From assembly GCA_030390025.1 (NCBI GenBank), contig CM059432.1, forward strand, positions 2,108,001 to 2,172,000: DNA of 64,000 bases, given 5' to 3'. This DNA comes from Squalus acanthias (Eukaryota). A model generated the notes under the pieces. It was not told the origin of the DNA. It saw only the letters and a list, made by a program, of their open reading frames with translations, and did not search any database. A program made the translations under genes and the position numbers. Shown one piece after another: positions 48,232 through 60,020 of this stretch. The number at the start of each line of letters is the position of its first letter. The first letter of the stretch is position 1.

Positions 48232-48992
48232 TGAGCTGTGGCTCACTGGGTAGCACCCTCGCCTCTGAGGCAGAAGGTTGTGGGTTCAAGTCCCACTCCA
48301 GACTCTAGAGCACATAAAGCTAGGCTGACACTCCCAGTGCAGTACTGAGGGAGTGCTGCACTGTCGGAGGTGCCGTCTTTCGGATGAGACGTTAAACTGA
48401 GGCCTCATCTGCTCTCTCAGGTGGACGTAAAAGATCCCATGGCACCTCTACCTGACGAAGGGGCAGCAGCTCCGAAAGCTCGTAATTTTAAATAAAACTG
48501 TTGGACTATAACCTGGTGTTGTGCGACTTCTCATTTTTGTCCACCCCAGTCCAACACCGACATCTCCGCATCATGACTATTTCAAAGAACAGCAAGGGAG
48601 TTCTCCCCGGTGTCCTGGCCAATGTTTATCCCTCAATCAACATCACTAAAACAGATTATCTGGTCATTATCACATTAGTACAATACTACAAATCTCATCC
48701 CATTCTAACTACATTGCCTCTACCAAGACCAATCCACAATGATGGTCCTTTGATGTATCTCAGGTGCGTCACGTCCCGAGGTTGTGAAGTGCACTATATA
48801 AAGGTAAGTCTCACTTCCTTCACCAGACTGGTCATTATCACATCGCTGTTTGTGGGAGCTTGCTGTGCGCAAATCAGCTGCTGCGTTTCCCACATTACAA
48901 CAGTGACTACACTTCAAAAAGTACCTCATTGGCTGTAAAGCGCTTTGAAATGTCCGGTGGTCGTGAAAGGTGCTATAAAAATGCAAGTCTTT
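48232..48992 (+). mobile_element. DeuSINE-type SINE carrying two insertions
   Basis: Head at 48232; PLE insert at 48446-48574; 152-bp insert at 48676-48827. Confidence 0.85.
48449..48484 (+). ncRNA. Minimal type I hammerhead ribozyme motif (family B)
   Basis: UAC-CUGACGA-A-GGGGC(AGCA)GCUCC-GAAA-GC-UC^GUA, with palindromic AGCU helix III, inside the PLE insert 48446-48574. Confidence 0.75.
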
Positions 48993-49384
48993 CTTAAAAA
49001 AAACCCTATTAAATAAGGGAAAAATTAAACAGGTAAGATTGCACTGAATATGCATCTAGTCTTCAACGGAAAGTTGGGAGGTATGTAATGATGGCTGTAA
49101 CTTAGAACGGCCAAATTAGTTAGCAATAGGATGACAAAATCCAATGTGACAACACACAGTGTCTGTCACAATCCCTTCACAGTTCTAAGGTGATAAGAAG
49201 ATCCTGAGGACATGCATTGTAACAGGGTAAATGGCCGTTAAGGTTGAGAAATTTTGTCGAAGTGGCAACTAGGATAACACGACAAAGGAATAATACATAG
49301 AATTTTACAGCACAGAAACAGGCCATTCGGCCCAACTGGTCCATGCTGGTGTTTGTGCTCCACACCAGCCTCCTCCCATTTTAC

Positions 49385-49516
49385 AAGTCGCTCTCTGTGT
49401 ATATATACTGTGTATTAGATTCCCTCACTGTACCTCTACCTGACGAAGGAGCAGCAGCTCCGAAAGCTGGTAATTTTAAATAAAACTGTTGGACTATAAC
49501 CTGGTGTTGTGCGACT
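49385..49516 (+). mobile_element. Penelope-like family B fragment with 11-bp TSD; hammerhead at 49437-49472 with a CUG triplet
   Basis: TCCCATTTTAC at 49374-49384 and 49517-49527 inside a CR1 UTR. Confidence 0.75.
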
Positions 49517-49660
49517 TCCCATTTTACTTCAACTAACTCTATCAGCGTCTCCTTCTATTCCTTTCTCCCTCCTGTGTTTATCCAGCTTCCCCTTAAATGC
49601 ATCTGTGCTATTCGCCTCAACCACTCCCTGTGGTAACGAGTTCCACATTCTCACCACTCT

Positions 49661-50100
49661 GTGTCAGTTGTGTCTCAGTTGGTAGCACCCTCGCCTCCGA
49701 GTCTCACTCCAGGGTCTTGAGCACATAAAGCTAGGCTGAGGCTCCCAGTGCAGTGCTGAGGGAACGCTGCACTGTCAGAGGCGCCATCTGTCGAAAGAGA
49801 CGTTAAACCGAGGCCCCGTCTGCTCTCTCAAGTGGACGTAAAAGATCCCATGTCACTATTTCGAAGAAGAGCAGGGGAGTTCTCCCCGGTGTCCTGGGGC
49901 CAATATTTATCCCTCAACCAACATAACAAAAACAGATTATCTGGTCATTATCACATTGCTGTTTGTGGGAGCTTGCTGTGCGCAAATTGGCTGCTGCGTT
50001 TCCCACATTACAACAGTGACTACACTTCAAAAAGTACTTCATTGGCTGTAAAGCGCGTTGAGACATCCGGTGGTCATGAAAGGCGCTGGAGAAACGCAAG
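49661..50100 (+). mobile_element. DeuSINE-type SINE
   Basis: Head with a deleted B box, followed by body and tail. Confidence 0.8.
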
Positions 50101-50567
50101 CCTTTCCCTGGGTAAAGAAATTTCTCCTGAATTCCCTATATTTCTGGCCCCTCGGTCTGGACTCTCCCACAAGTGGAAACATTTTCTCTGCATAAGAACA
50201 TAAGAAATAGGAGTCGGCCATTTGGCCCCTCGAGCCTGCTCCGTCATTCAATAAGATCATGGCTGATCTACGTCTACCCTATCAAACCCCTTCAGAAATT
50301 CAGTCACCCCTCAGCCTTCAATTTTCTGGAGAAAAGAGCCCCAGTTTGTCCTGATAGGTTTAACCTCTCAGTTCTGGAATCATCCTGGTGAATCTTGTTG
50401 CACCTTCTCCAGTGCCTCTATGTCCATTTTGCAATATGGAGACCAGAATATCAAACCAGATGCTGCAGCAAAAGAATGTGGGTGCAGGAGCTGTCCAAAT
50501 CTTGAGCGTGGTGTCACGATGTATTGCAAAGATGGTCAAGAGAAATAGAACATTAGGGTATTGGGGC

Positions 50568-51039
50568 ACGATAGCAAAATACTGCGGATGCTGGAAATCC
50601 GAAATAACAACAGAAAACGCTGGAAAAACTCAGCAGGCCAGGCAGCATCCGTGGAGAGAGAAACAGAGTTAACGTTTCAGGTCGAAGACCTTTCGTCAGA
50701 ACTGGAAATAGCAGGAAATGAAATAGATTTAAGGCAAGGATAAAGCTGGGAAAAGCGGGAGGGGATGAAAGAACAAAAGGAGAGATTAAGAGACATTAAG
50801 AGATGATCAAGGCAAGAGGTGGTGTTAATGTGACAGGTTGAGGCTAAAAGACTTGGCAGATACCTGATCAAACACGAGAAGAGAAACTGAAAGCAGTGAA
50901 GATGAACAAGGTTGAAGAGACAAACGGAGGTCCCGTCGAAGAGAAGAGCAGAACTTCTTCAAGGTAGTCATTCCTAGAAGAGAGGTGGCAGTGGACCAAA
51001 CACTAATACGATAGCAAAATACTGCGGATGCTGGAAATC
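50568..51039 (-). mobile_element. Internally deleted Penelope-like element with a 32-bp terminal direct repeat
   Basis: ACGATAGCAAAATACTGCGGATGCTGGAAATC at 50568-50599 and 51008-51039. A short ORF (50971-50825, MTTLKKFCSSLRRDLRLSL...) is joined to the family A 3' region. Confidence 0.7.
50667..50703 (-). ncRNA. Minimal type I hammerhead ribozyme motif (family A), sense to ZNF521
   Basis: AGUU-CUGACGA-A-AGGUC(UUC)GACCU-GAAA-CG-UU^AACU. Confidence 0.8.
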
Positions 51040-51633
51040 AGTTCCGCAGAGTCCTGGTGCAAGAAATGAAGTTAATACACACACGCGTTTCCTACATTAC
51101 AACAGTGACCACACTTCAAAAAGTACTTCATTGGCTGTAAAGTGCTTTGGGACGTGCTGAGGTTGTGAAAGGCGCTATGGAAATGCAAGTTCTTTTCTTT
51201 TACCTCTCTCCTCCTTTAAGACGCTTCTTAAAACCTACCTCTTTGACCAAGCCTGTCCTAATATCTCCCTGTGTGGCTCGGTGTCAAATTTTGTTTGATA
51301 ACGCTCATATGAAGCGCCTTGGGACGTTTTACTACATTAAAGGCACTATATAAATGCAAGTCGTTGCTGTTGTTCTTGGCGGGACCACACAGAATTCTGT
51401 TTCCATTCTCTGCACTTGTAGAGTGTAGAGGCAGCAGAGGAAAAGGACTTAAAAGAAAAAGAAAAGCAACAATCGTGAATCCAGGTCTTTTGAATCTCGA
51501 AGCTTAGAAGAGCTAATCTGTTCTCACTGGGGAAAGCAATTAGGGAAGAAATAAGTTGCATGTTTCATTTTCTCTCTTCTTCTTTGCACTTTAGATTGTA
51601 CAGAATACGGAGCGGGTCGCAGAGAGTGCTAAC

Positions 51634-52280
51634 TTGTTGAACCATTAACTGGACCAGCCACATAAATACTGTGGCAACAAGAGCAGGTCAGAGGCTGGGT
51701 ATTCTGCGGCGAGTGTCTCACCTCCTGACTCCCCAAAGCCTTTCCACCATCTAAAAGGCACAAGTAAGGAGTGTGATGGAATACTCTCCACTTGCCTGGA
51801 TGAGTGCAGCTCCAACAACACTCAAAAAGCTCGACACCATGCAGCCCACTTGATTGGCACCCCATCCACCACCTTAAACATTCACTCCCTCCACCACCGG
51901 CGTACCGTGGCTGCAGTGTGTACCATCTACAAGATGCACTGCAGCAACTCGCCAAGGCTTCTTCGACAGCACCTCCCAAACCCGCAACCTCTACCACCTA
52001 GAAGGACAAGGGCAGTAGACGCATGGGAACACCACCACCTCCAAGTTCCCCTCCAAGTCACACACCATCCTGACTTGGAAGTATATCGGCCGTTCCTTCA
52101 TCGTCGCTGGGTCAAAATCCTGGAACCCCCTCCCTAACAGCACTGTGGGAGCACCTTCACCACGCGGACTGCAGCGGTTCAAGAAGGCGGCTCACCACCA
52201 CCTTCTCAAGGGCGATTAGGGATGGGCAATAAATGCCGGCCTTGCCAGCGACACACACATTCTGTGAATAAATAAATAAA
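51634..52280 (+). mobile_element. Non-LTR retrotransposon 3' fragment (third LINE family)
   Basis: NWTSHINTVATRAGQRLGILRR...AQVRSVMEYSPLAW RT C-terminal region, containing an in-frame stop. Confidence 0.8.
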
Positions 52281-53604
52281 AATAATTCAAAGCCAAATGG
52301 ACAGATTCTTGTTTGAAGGGGAGTAGGGCGTGGAGAGAGATGAAAATGCATGAGAAGGTCCTCAAACAAAAATCAGAAATGGGCTGGGTCGGACAAGGTG
52401 AATCAAGCTTCAGTGATTAGGAAAGGGAGCTGGAGGGGGTGACTGCCTCCGATCTTAGCGCCAAAAATGTGGACATCACCCCCTCCAGCTCCAATTCCAA
52501 CATTTATGATGCTAAAATAGGAGGCAGAGTAAATAATTCTGAGGGCCAAAGGAATCTGCAAGGCAATATTGATCAAATGAAGTGTCACCTGTGGCCCAGT
52601 GGGCCGCACGCTCGCTCGCCTATGTGTCAGAGGTTTGTGGATTCAAGTCTCACTCCAGAGGGACCGAGGCCCCGTCTGCTCTCCCAGGTGGACACAGAAG
52701 GTCCCATGGCACTATTTCAAAGAATAGTAGGGGAGTTATGTGTTTCCTACATTACAACAGTGACTACGCTTCAAAAGTACTTCATTGGCTGGATAAGCGC
52801 TTTGGGACGTCCGGTGGTCGTGAAAGGCGAGACTTGCTTTTTTTTTTAAATGTAACCCAGACTTTGCCCAATGATTGAAGGGTCTAGGACACAGGGATGT
52901 AGATACAAGATGAAATGTGAGAGGTTTAGGACAGAGAGTTCCTGTTTGTTTTTTTATGTTGGGAGGTTTGAGGTGCTGTGCGCAATGCTCTACCAGAGAT
53001 AGTGATTGAAACATGGACCGTGCCAACATTTCAGAATAGCTTAGACAGGTGGTTGATGGAAAAAGGAATAAAGGAGTATGGAAATAGAGCAGACACATGG
53101 GATTAGGACTATTGCTCCTGTGGACTGGTCGGGCCTGTTTCTCTGTTTCTATAATTCTATAATTCTTAAACCAGTCTTATTCAGTTCTTAGGATTGATGA
53201 GAAGAATTTATAGCGGCAATATCAGGTTCAAGTCCTGGATAACGGGACACTTTTTCCAATAATCCCAGATCAACAACAACAACAACAACAACTTGCATTT
53301 ATATAGCGCATTTAACGCAGTAAAGCATCCCAAGGCGCTTCACAGGAGCGATTATCAAACAAAATTTGACATCGAGCCACAGGCACAGGTTGCTGTTGGT
53401 TGTTGTTGTAGTAACCGTAAAAAATCCTCAACATTGACTTCAAACTGTTTCAAGGAGATCCAACGCCTCACCTTTTAAAGCATCGTCATCCTGTGTCGGA
53501 GTCATTCTCCTCCCAGTGTGGAGGCCAAGTGAGAAGCTCCTCTGGGAGAGAGGTCTTCCACTGCTTGGCTTTGGAAGTCAGAACAATCTGCATTATACTT
53601 CCAC

Positions 53605-54065
53605 TATTCCAGGAATGACGTATGAGGAGAGATTGGGTCGATTGGGCTTATACTCGCTGGAGTTTAGAAGAATGAGAGGGGATCTCATCGAAACTTATAA
53701 AATTCTAACAGGACTAGACAGACTAGATGCAGGAAGGATGTTCCCGATGGCGGGGGAGTCCAGAACCAGGGGTCACAGTCTAAGGATAAGGGGTAAGCCA
53801 TTTAGGACTGAGATGAGGAGGAATTTCTTCACCCAGAGAGTGGTGAACCTGTGGAATTCTCTACCATAGAAGGCAGTGGAGGCCAATTCATTAAATATAT
53901 TCAAGAAGGAGTTAGATATATTTCTTAAGGCTAAAGGGATCAAGGGATATGGGGAGAAAGCAGGGACAGGGTACTGAATTTGGATGATCAGCCATGATCT
54001 CATTAAATGGCGGAGCAGGCTCGAGGGGCCGAATGGCCTACTCCTGCTCCTATCTTCTATGTTTC
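53605..54065 (+). mobile_element. CR1 LINE 3' fragment
   Basis: YEERLGRLGLYSLEFRRMRGDL...NFFTQRVVNLWNSLP. Confidence 0.9.
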
Positions 54066-55418
54066 TATCGTATTGATGTGCGCCCGCATTTATACAGCGC
54101 CTTTCACGACCTCAGGACATCCCAAAGCCAATTAAGTATTTTTTTGGAGTGTAGTCACTGTTGTAATGTAGGAGAAGCGGCAGCCATATTGCGCACAGCA
54201 AGCTCCCACAAATAGCAATGTGTTAACGACCGGATAATCTGGGTTTTTTTTTTAAGTGGTGTTGGTTGAGGGATAAATATTGGCCCCAGGTCACACGGGG
54301 AGAACTCGCCCTGCTCTTCTTCGAAATAGTGGCCGTGGGATCTTTTACGTTCACCCGAGAGAACAGACGGGGCCACGATGAGAAAAGTGCTTCTTCACCC
54401 ATTGGAGACAATATTTTTTTTACAATCGGGAGAGATTTATGCAGGAAAGAGGTTCACACACAGTTAAAGTACAAACGAAAATGGCTGCGTTAATTCCGAC
54501 CTCGCTTTTTGGTTGGATTTGATCTGATTGAATGGCTCGAGGGGCTGAATGGCCTCCTCCTGTTCCTGTGTTCACAGGCTTCAAGTATAAATGATGCAGA
54601 CATAGTTTTAATTGGAATTCAAATTAATGCCCCCATTTCTCTTTGACCACACAGCTGGCCATGGAGCTAGGAGACTCCCACCAGGCCAGTATAAAAACAC
54701 CAGATGTGAATCTCTTGTCGTTTTCTGCGGATATAGGAAACTTGGCGCATGCGCCGGGCTGGAAATCCAATACCTCTCCTTACAGCCGAACCCCTGGCCC
54801 GAGAGAGAGAGAGAGAGAGAGAAACAGACAAGGGGACAAAGAATAAATTTAGATGCGGCTCGGCACTTTCAAACTGTAACCAAACACGACGCGAGCTGGT
54901 GCGACTGCGCAGTTGGGCGAACGCTTTAGCCAACAACGGAACATAAAAACACAAGACAAAAGCAAAATACTGCAGATGCTGGAAATCTGAAATAAAAACA
55001 GAAAATGTTCTCTCCACAGATGCTGCCTGACCTGCTGAGTATCTCCAGCATTTTCTGTTTTTATTTTCTATAAGAACATAAGAATTAGGAGCAGGAGTTG
55101 GCCACACGGCCCCTCGAGCCTGCTCCGCCATTCAATAAGATCATGTCTGATCTTCGACCTCAACTCCACTTTCCCGCCCGATCCCCATATCCCTCGATTC
55201 CCCTCGAGTCCAAAAATCTATCGATCTCAGCCTGGAATATACTCAACAACTGAGCATCCACAGCCCTCTGAGGCGGAGAATTCCAAAGATTCGCAATCTG
55301 CTGAGTGAAGAAATTCCTCCTTATCTCAGTCTTAAATGGCCTACCCCTTATCCTGAGACTATGCCCCCTAGTTCTAGACTCCCCAGCCAGGAGAAACAAC
55401 CTCTCAGCATCTACCCTG

Positions 55419-56677
55419 TCAATCCCCTTCAGAATCTTCAATCCCCCTCAGAATCTTCACTCCCCCTCAGAATCTTCAATCCTCCTCAGAATCTTCAATC
55501 CCCCTCAGAATCTTCAATCCCCCCTCAGAATCTTCAATCCCCCTCAGAATCTTCACTCCCCCTCAGAATCTTCAATCCTCCTCAGAATCTTCACTCCCCC
55601 TCAGAATCTTCAATCCTCCTCAGAATCTTCAATCCTCCTCAGAATCTTCACTGCCCCTCAGAATCTTCAATCCCCCTCAGAATCTTCAATCCTCCTCAGA
55701 ATCTTCAATCCCCCTCAGAATCTTCAATCCCCCTCAGAATCTTCAATCCTCCTCAGAATCTTCACTCCCCCTCAGAATCTTCAATCCCCCTCAGAATCAT
55801 CCATCCTCCTCAGAATCTTCAATCCTCCTCAGAATCTTCAATCCCCCTCAGAATCATCCATCCTCCTCAGAAACTTCAATCCTCCTCAGAATCTTCAATC
55901 CCCCTCAGAATCTTCAATCCTCAGAATCTTCAATCCCCCTCAGAATCTTCAATCCTCCTCAGAATCTTCAATCCCCCTCAGAATCATCCATCCTCCTCAG
56001 AATCTTCAATCCTCCTCAGAATCTTCAATCCCCCTCAGAATCTTCAATCCTCAGAATCTTCAATCCCCCTCAGAATCTTCAATCCCCCTCAGAATCTTCA
56101 ATCCTCCTCAGAATCTTCACTCCCCCTCAGAATCTTCAATACCCCTCAGAATCATCCATCCTCCTCAGAATCTTCAATCCTCCTCAGAATCTTCAATCCC
56201 CCTCAGAATCATCCATCCTCCTCAGAATCTTCAATCCTCCTCAGACTCTTCAATCCCCCTCAGAATCTTCAATCCTCAGAATCTTCAATCCCCCTCAGAA
56301 TCTTCAATCCTCCTCAGAATCTTCAATCCTCCTCAGAATCTTCAATCCCCTCAGAATCTTCAATCCTCCTCAGAATCTTCAATCCCCTCAGAATCTTCAA
56401 TCCTCCTCAGACTCTTCAATCCTCCTCAGAATCTTCAATCCCCTCAGAATCTTCAATCCCCCTCAGAATCTTCAATCCCCTCAGACTCTTCAATCCCCCT
56501 CAGAATCTTCAATCCCCTCAGAATCTTCAATCCTCCTCAGAATCTTCAATCCTCAGAATCTTCAATCCCCTCAGAATCTTCAATCCCCTCAGAATCTTCA
56601 ATCCCCCTCAGAATCTTCAATCCCCCTCAGACTCTTCAATCCTCCTCAGAATCTTCAATCCCCCTCAAAATCTTCAA
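55419..56677. repeat. Minisatellite, 19-bp unit TCAATCC(C/T)CCTCAGAATCT, roughly 65-70 copies
   Basis: Tandem array with 16-20 bp unit variants, continuous with the CR1 fragment at 55070-55437(-). Confidence 0.95.
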
Positions 56678-56959
56678 CACCCCCCCCCCCCTCAGCAAGC
56701 AAATATTTTTCAGAAGGAAAAAAGAATCACGATAACAAATTTGTGAGCAGCTGTTTGTTGTTTTATGCCAGTTTTATGTGAACATAGAAATGACAGCACA
56801 GAAACAGAGCACTGGACCAGTTGCCCTGGAATGTCCACGTATGGATTACGCCACGTGGTGTATTCGCATTCCTCAGCCACACCATTCGTGCAACATCACA
56901 CTTCAAAGGGCAGCAGGCAAAGCCAATCTGCCAAAAAGAGATATTATGAACAAAAAGTG

Positions 56960-57412
56960 TTCACTGGACTGATTCCTGGGATGAGAGATTGAGTAGATTG
57001 GGCATATACTCTCTAGGGTTTAGAAGAATGAGAGGTGAGCTCAGGATTCTGAGAGGGATTGACAGGGTAGATGCTGAGAGGTTGTTTCCCCTGTCTGGAG
57101 TGTCTAGAACTATGGGGCATAGTCTCAGAATAAGGGGTTGGTCATTTAAGACTGAGATGAGGAGAAATTTCTTCACTCAGAGGGTTGTGAATCTTTGGAA
57201 TTCTCTGCCCCAGAGGGCTGTGGATGCTGAGTCGTTGAGTATATTCAAGGCTGAGATAGATAGATTTTTGGATTCTAGGGGAATCGAGGGATATGGAGAT
57301 CAGGTGGGAAAGTGGAGTTGAGGTCGAAGATCAGCCATGATCTTACTGAATGGCGGAGCAGGCTCGAGGGGCCGTATGGCCGACTCCTGCTCCTACTTAT
57401 CTTATGTTCTTA
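56960..57412 (+). mobile_element. CR1 LINE 3' fragment
   Basis: ORF 56989..57321; inverted relative to 55070-55437. Confidence 0.85.
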
Positions 57413-57547
57413 AGAAGCATCCTCCCACCATCTAATTAAAGAGGTTGTTTGTTGGGGGTGGGGAGGGGAGCGGGAAGGGGGAACACACCATTTAGGGTCT
57501 TCCTACACATATGCAACGTGAAGAGTCACCCAATTATCATTCATATT

Positions 57548-58345
57548 TCAAAAGTACTTCATTGGCTGCAAAGTGTTTTGGTACGTCCTGAGGATGTGAA
57601 AGGTACTATATAAATGCAAGTCTTTCTTTCTACAGGGAGAGCAGGAGTCAAGAAAGAAAGGAAGTACTTTTTGAAGTGGAGTCGCTGTTGTAATGTAGGA
57701 AACGCGGCAGCCAATTTGTGCACAGCAAGCTCCCACAAACAGCAATGTGATAATGACCAGGTCATCTGTTCTTGTGATGTTGATTGAGGGAAAAATATTG
57801 GCCAGGACACCGGGGAGAACTCTCCTGCTCTTCTTCAAAATAGTGCCCTGGGATCTTGTACGTCCACCTGAGAGAGCAGACGGGGCCTCGGTTTAACGTC
57901 TCATCCGAAATAGGGCACCTCTAACAATGCAGCACTCCCTCAGTACTGACCCTCCAACAGTGCGGCGCTCCCTCAGTACTGCTCCTCCGATAGTGCGGCG
58001 CTCCCTCAGCACTGCCCCTCCGACAGTGCAGCGCTCCCTCAGTACTGCCCCTCCGACAGTGCTGTGCTCCCTCAGTACTGACCCTCCGACAGTGCGGCGC
58101 TCCCTCAGTACTGACCCTCCGACAGTGCAGCGCTCCCTCAGTACTGCCCCTCCGACAGTGCGGTGCTCCCTCAGTACTGCCCCTCCGACAGTGCGGCACT
58201 CCCTCAGTACTGCCCCTCCGACAGTGCAGCACTCCACTGGAGTGTCAGCCTGGATTTTTGTGCTCGGGTCTCTGGAGTGGGACTTGAACCCACAACCTTC
58301 TGACTCAGAGGCGAGGGTGCGACTCACTGAGCCACAGCTGACACA
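57548..58345 (-). mobile_element. DeuSINE-type SINE with an expanded internal 33-bp tandem repeat (57915-58232)
   Basis: About 9-10 units of CTCCCTCAGTACTGCCCCTCCGACAGTGCGGCG between the SINE head and body. Confidence 0.9.
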
Positions 58346-59504
58346 TCAGGAAGAGGTTGGGTTACAGACTTCTACTTCAGTACAGTCAAGCTCAACATAG
58401 CACAAAATTAAGACAGATATGAAAAAACGTCTGTGCGTCCAACCTTACGATCATCGAAACATAACCTAGAAAAGGTGTATCGCCACAGTAGCTAATCACA
58501 CCCCATCAGTTCATTGTTCTGATGCTGGTAAAGTAGCACAAAACTAAGTAAATGAAGGAGAGAAAAAAAGAGCAGAAAAATAGACAACCGTGTTATGAGG
58601 AGGCTTGTGTGACTGAAATTCCAACCCCTTAGCACTTCTGGGAGTTGAGTCACCACTGTGGCTTATTTCCTGCAACACTGGGATAATCAGGAAGCAGCCA
58701 GGGCAAGCATACGATATGGAAAAAAAATAAAGAATCCCAGCCTAACACAACAGCGCACATGTGAGCATTATCCTGCGCAGAACAGGGGGGGCGGGGGGGG
58801 GGGGGGGGGGGGGGGGTGGGGGAGGGTCACCCCCACTCGGGACGGAGCCCTGCCCAGATTCTCAGAAACTGATCTGCCTCACACCACGGTGGGCCTGACC
58901 TCACGGGAGCGTTCCCCCTCCACCCCTCCCCCCGGGGGGCAGCCTGGAGAAAGAGGCGCTGCCGGTTGTAACTACAGGAGGGGAGAAGGGAACGGACGGA
59001 CGGGGTGGGGGGGGGGGCGGTTTGGCAGCAGCAAGCAGCAGCCGCCAATGCCACTCGCATATCAGTTTCCGCCAGGAAACCCTGCTGATCTTCATCGCCA
59101 CAGCTTCAAAGCAAACCCGAGCAGATTTTCTCCAGTCTCCACAGACTGTGGCCCTTTTGTTTGACCTGCACAGGCTCTGTTACAAAGCATTTAAAAAATT
59201 TAAATCTGCATAACATCTCATTTAACTTTAACTCTTCAGCCCACAGATGTTTCCTATACAATGTGCACATGGCCCCTCAGGACAGTTCCTCCTCTCCCTC
59301 TGCCCCATTAGCAAAACTAGTCATTCAATAGTTTAAATAAACAGCACACTATTATTTATCCCTCTCAGTTACGGTGCAGATCCCCGCGTAACAGTGACTT
59401 GGAAGATGCAAAATAAAAAATAGGATATCGAAAGGCGACATATTCCACAGTGATTGAGTAAGTTCAATCGCATTTTCATTGGAGTATTGTGGGAGTGTTA
59501 AACT

Positions 59505-60020
59505 CTCGTTAACTTGAGCTCATCCAAAGCTCTGCTGCAACCGTGTTCCTAACTCGCACCGAGTCCCGTTCACCCATCGCCCCCCCCTGTGCTCGCTGAC
59601 CTACATTGGCTCCTGCTCTGGCAATGCCTCAATTTTAAAATTCTCATCCTGGTGTTCAAATCCCTCCAGGGCCTCGCCCCCGCACACACCCCTCCCTATC
59701 TCTGTAATCTCCTCCAGCCCCACAACCCTCCCGAGATATCTGCGCTCCTCCAAATCTGGCCTCTTGCGCATTTCCATCGCTCCACCATTGGCGGCCGTGC
59801 CTTCAGCTGCCTGGGCCTCAAGCTCTGGAATTCCCTCCCTAAACCTCTCCGCCTCTCTCCTCCGTTAAGACGCATCTTAAAACCTATCGCTTTGACCCTC
59901 ACTTGTCCTAATTTATCCTTATGTGGCTCGGTGTCAAATTTTGTCTGATAATCGCTCCTGTGAAGCACCCTGGGACGTTTTACTACGTTAAAGGCGATGT
60001 ATAAATACAGGTTGTTGTTA
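59505..60020 (+). mobile_element. L2 LINE 3' fragment
   Basis: LADLHWL...FKILILVFKSL plus the L2 tail. Confidence 0.85.

Noticed and set aside
55305..56746. 476/461-aa repetitive ORFs, or a CRISPR-like array
   Set aside because: Head-to-tail 19-bp units without spacers, derived from a LINE in a vertebrate intron. The unit simply lacks stop codons on +.
58840..58880. ALPRFSETDL as the N-terminus of a Myb/SANT-like domain
   Set aside because: Too short, with no continuation of the domain; cannot be supported by eye.
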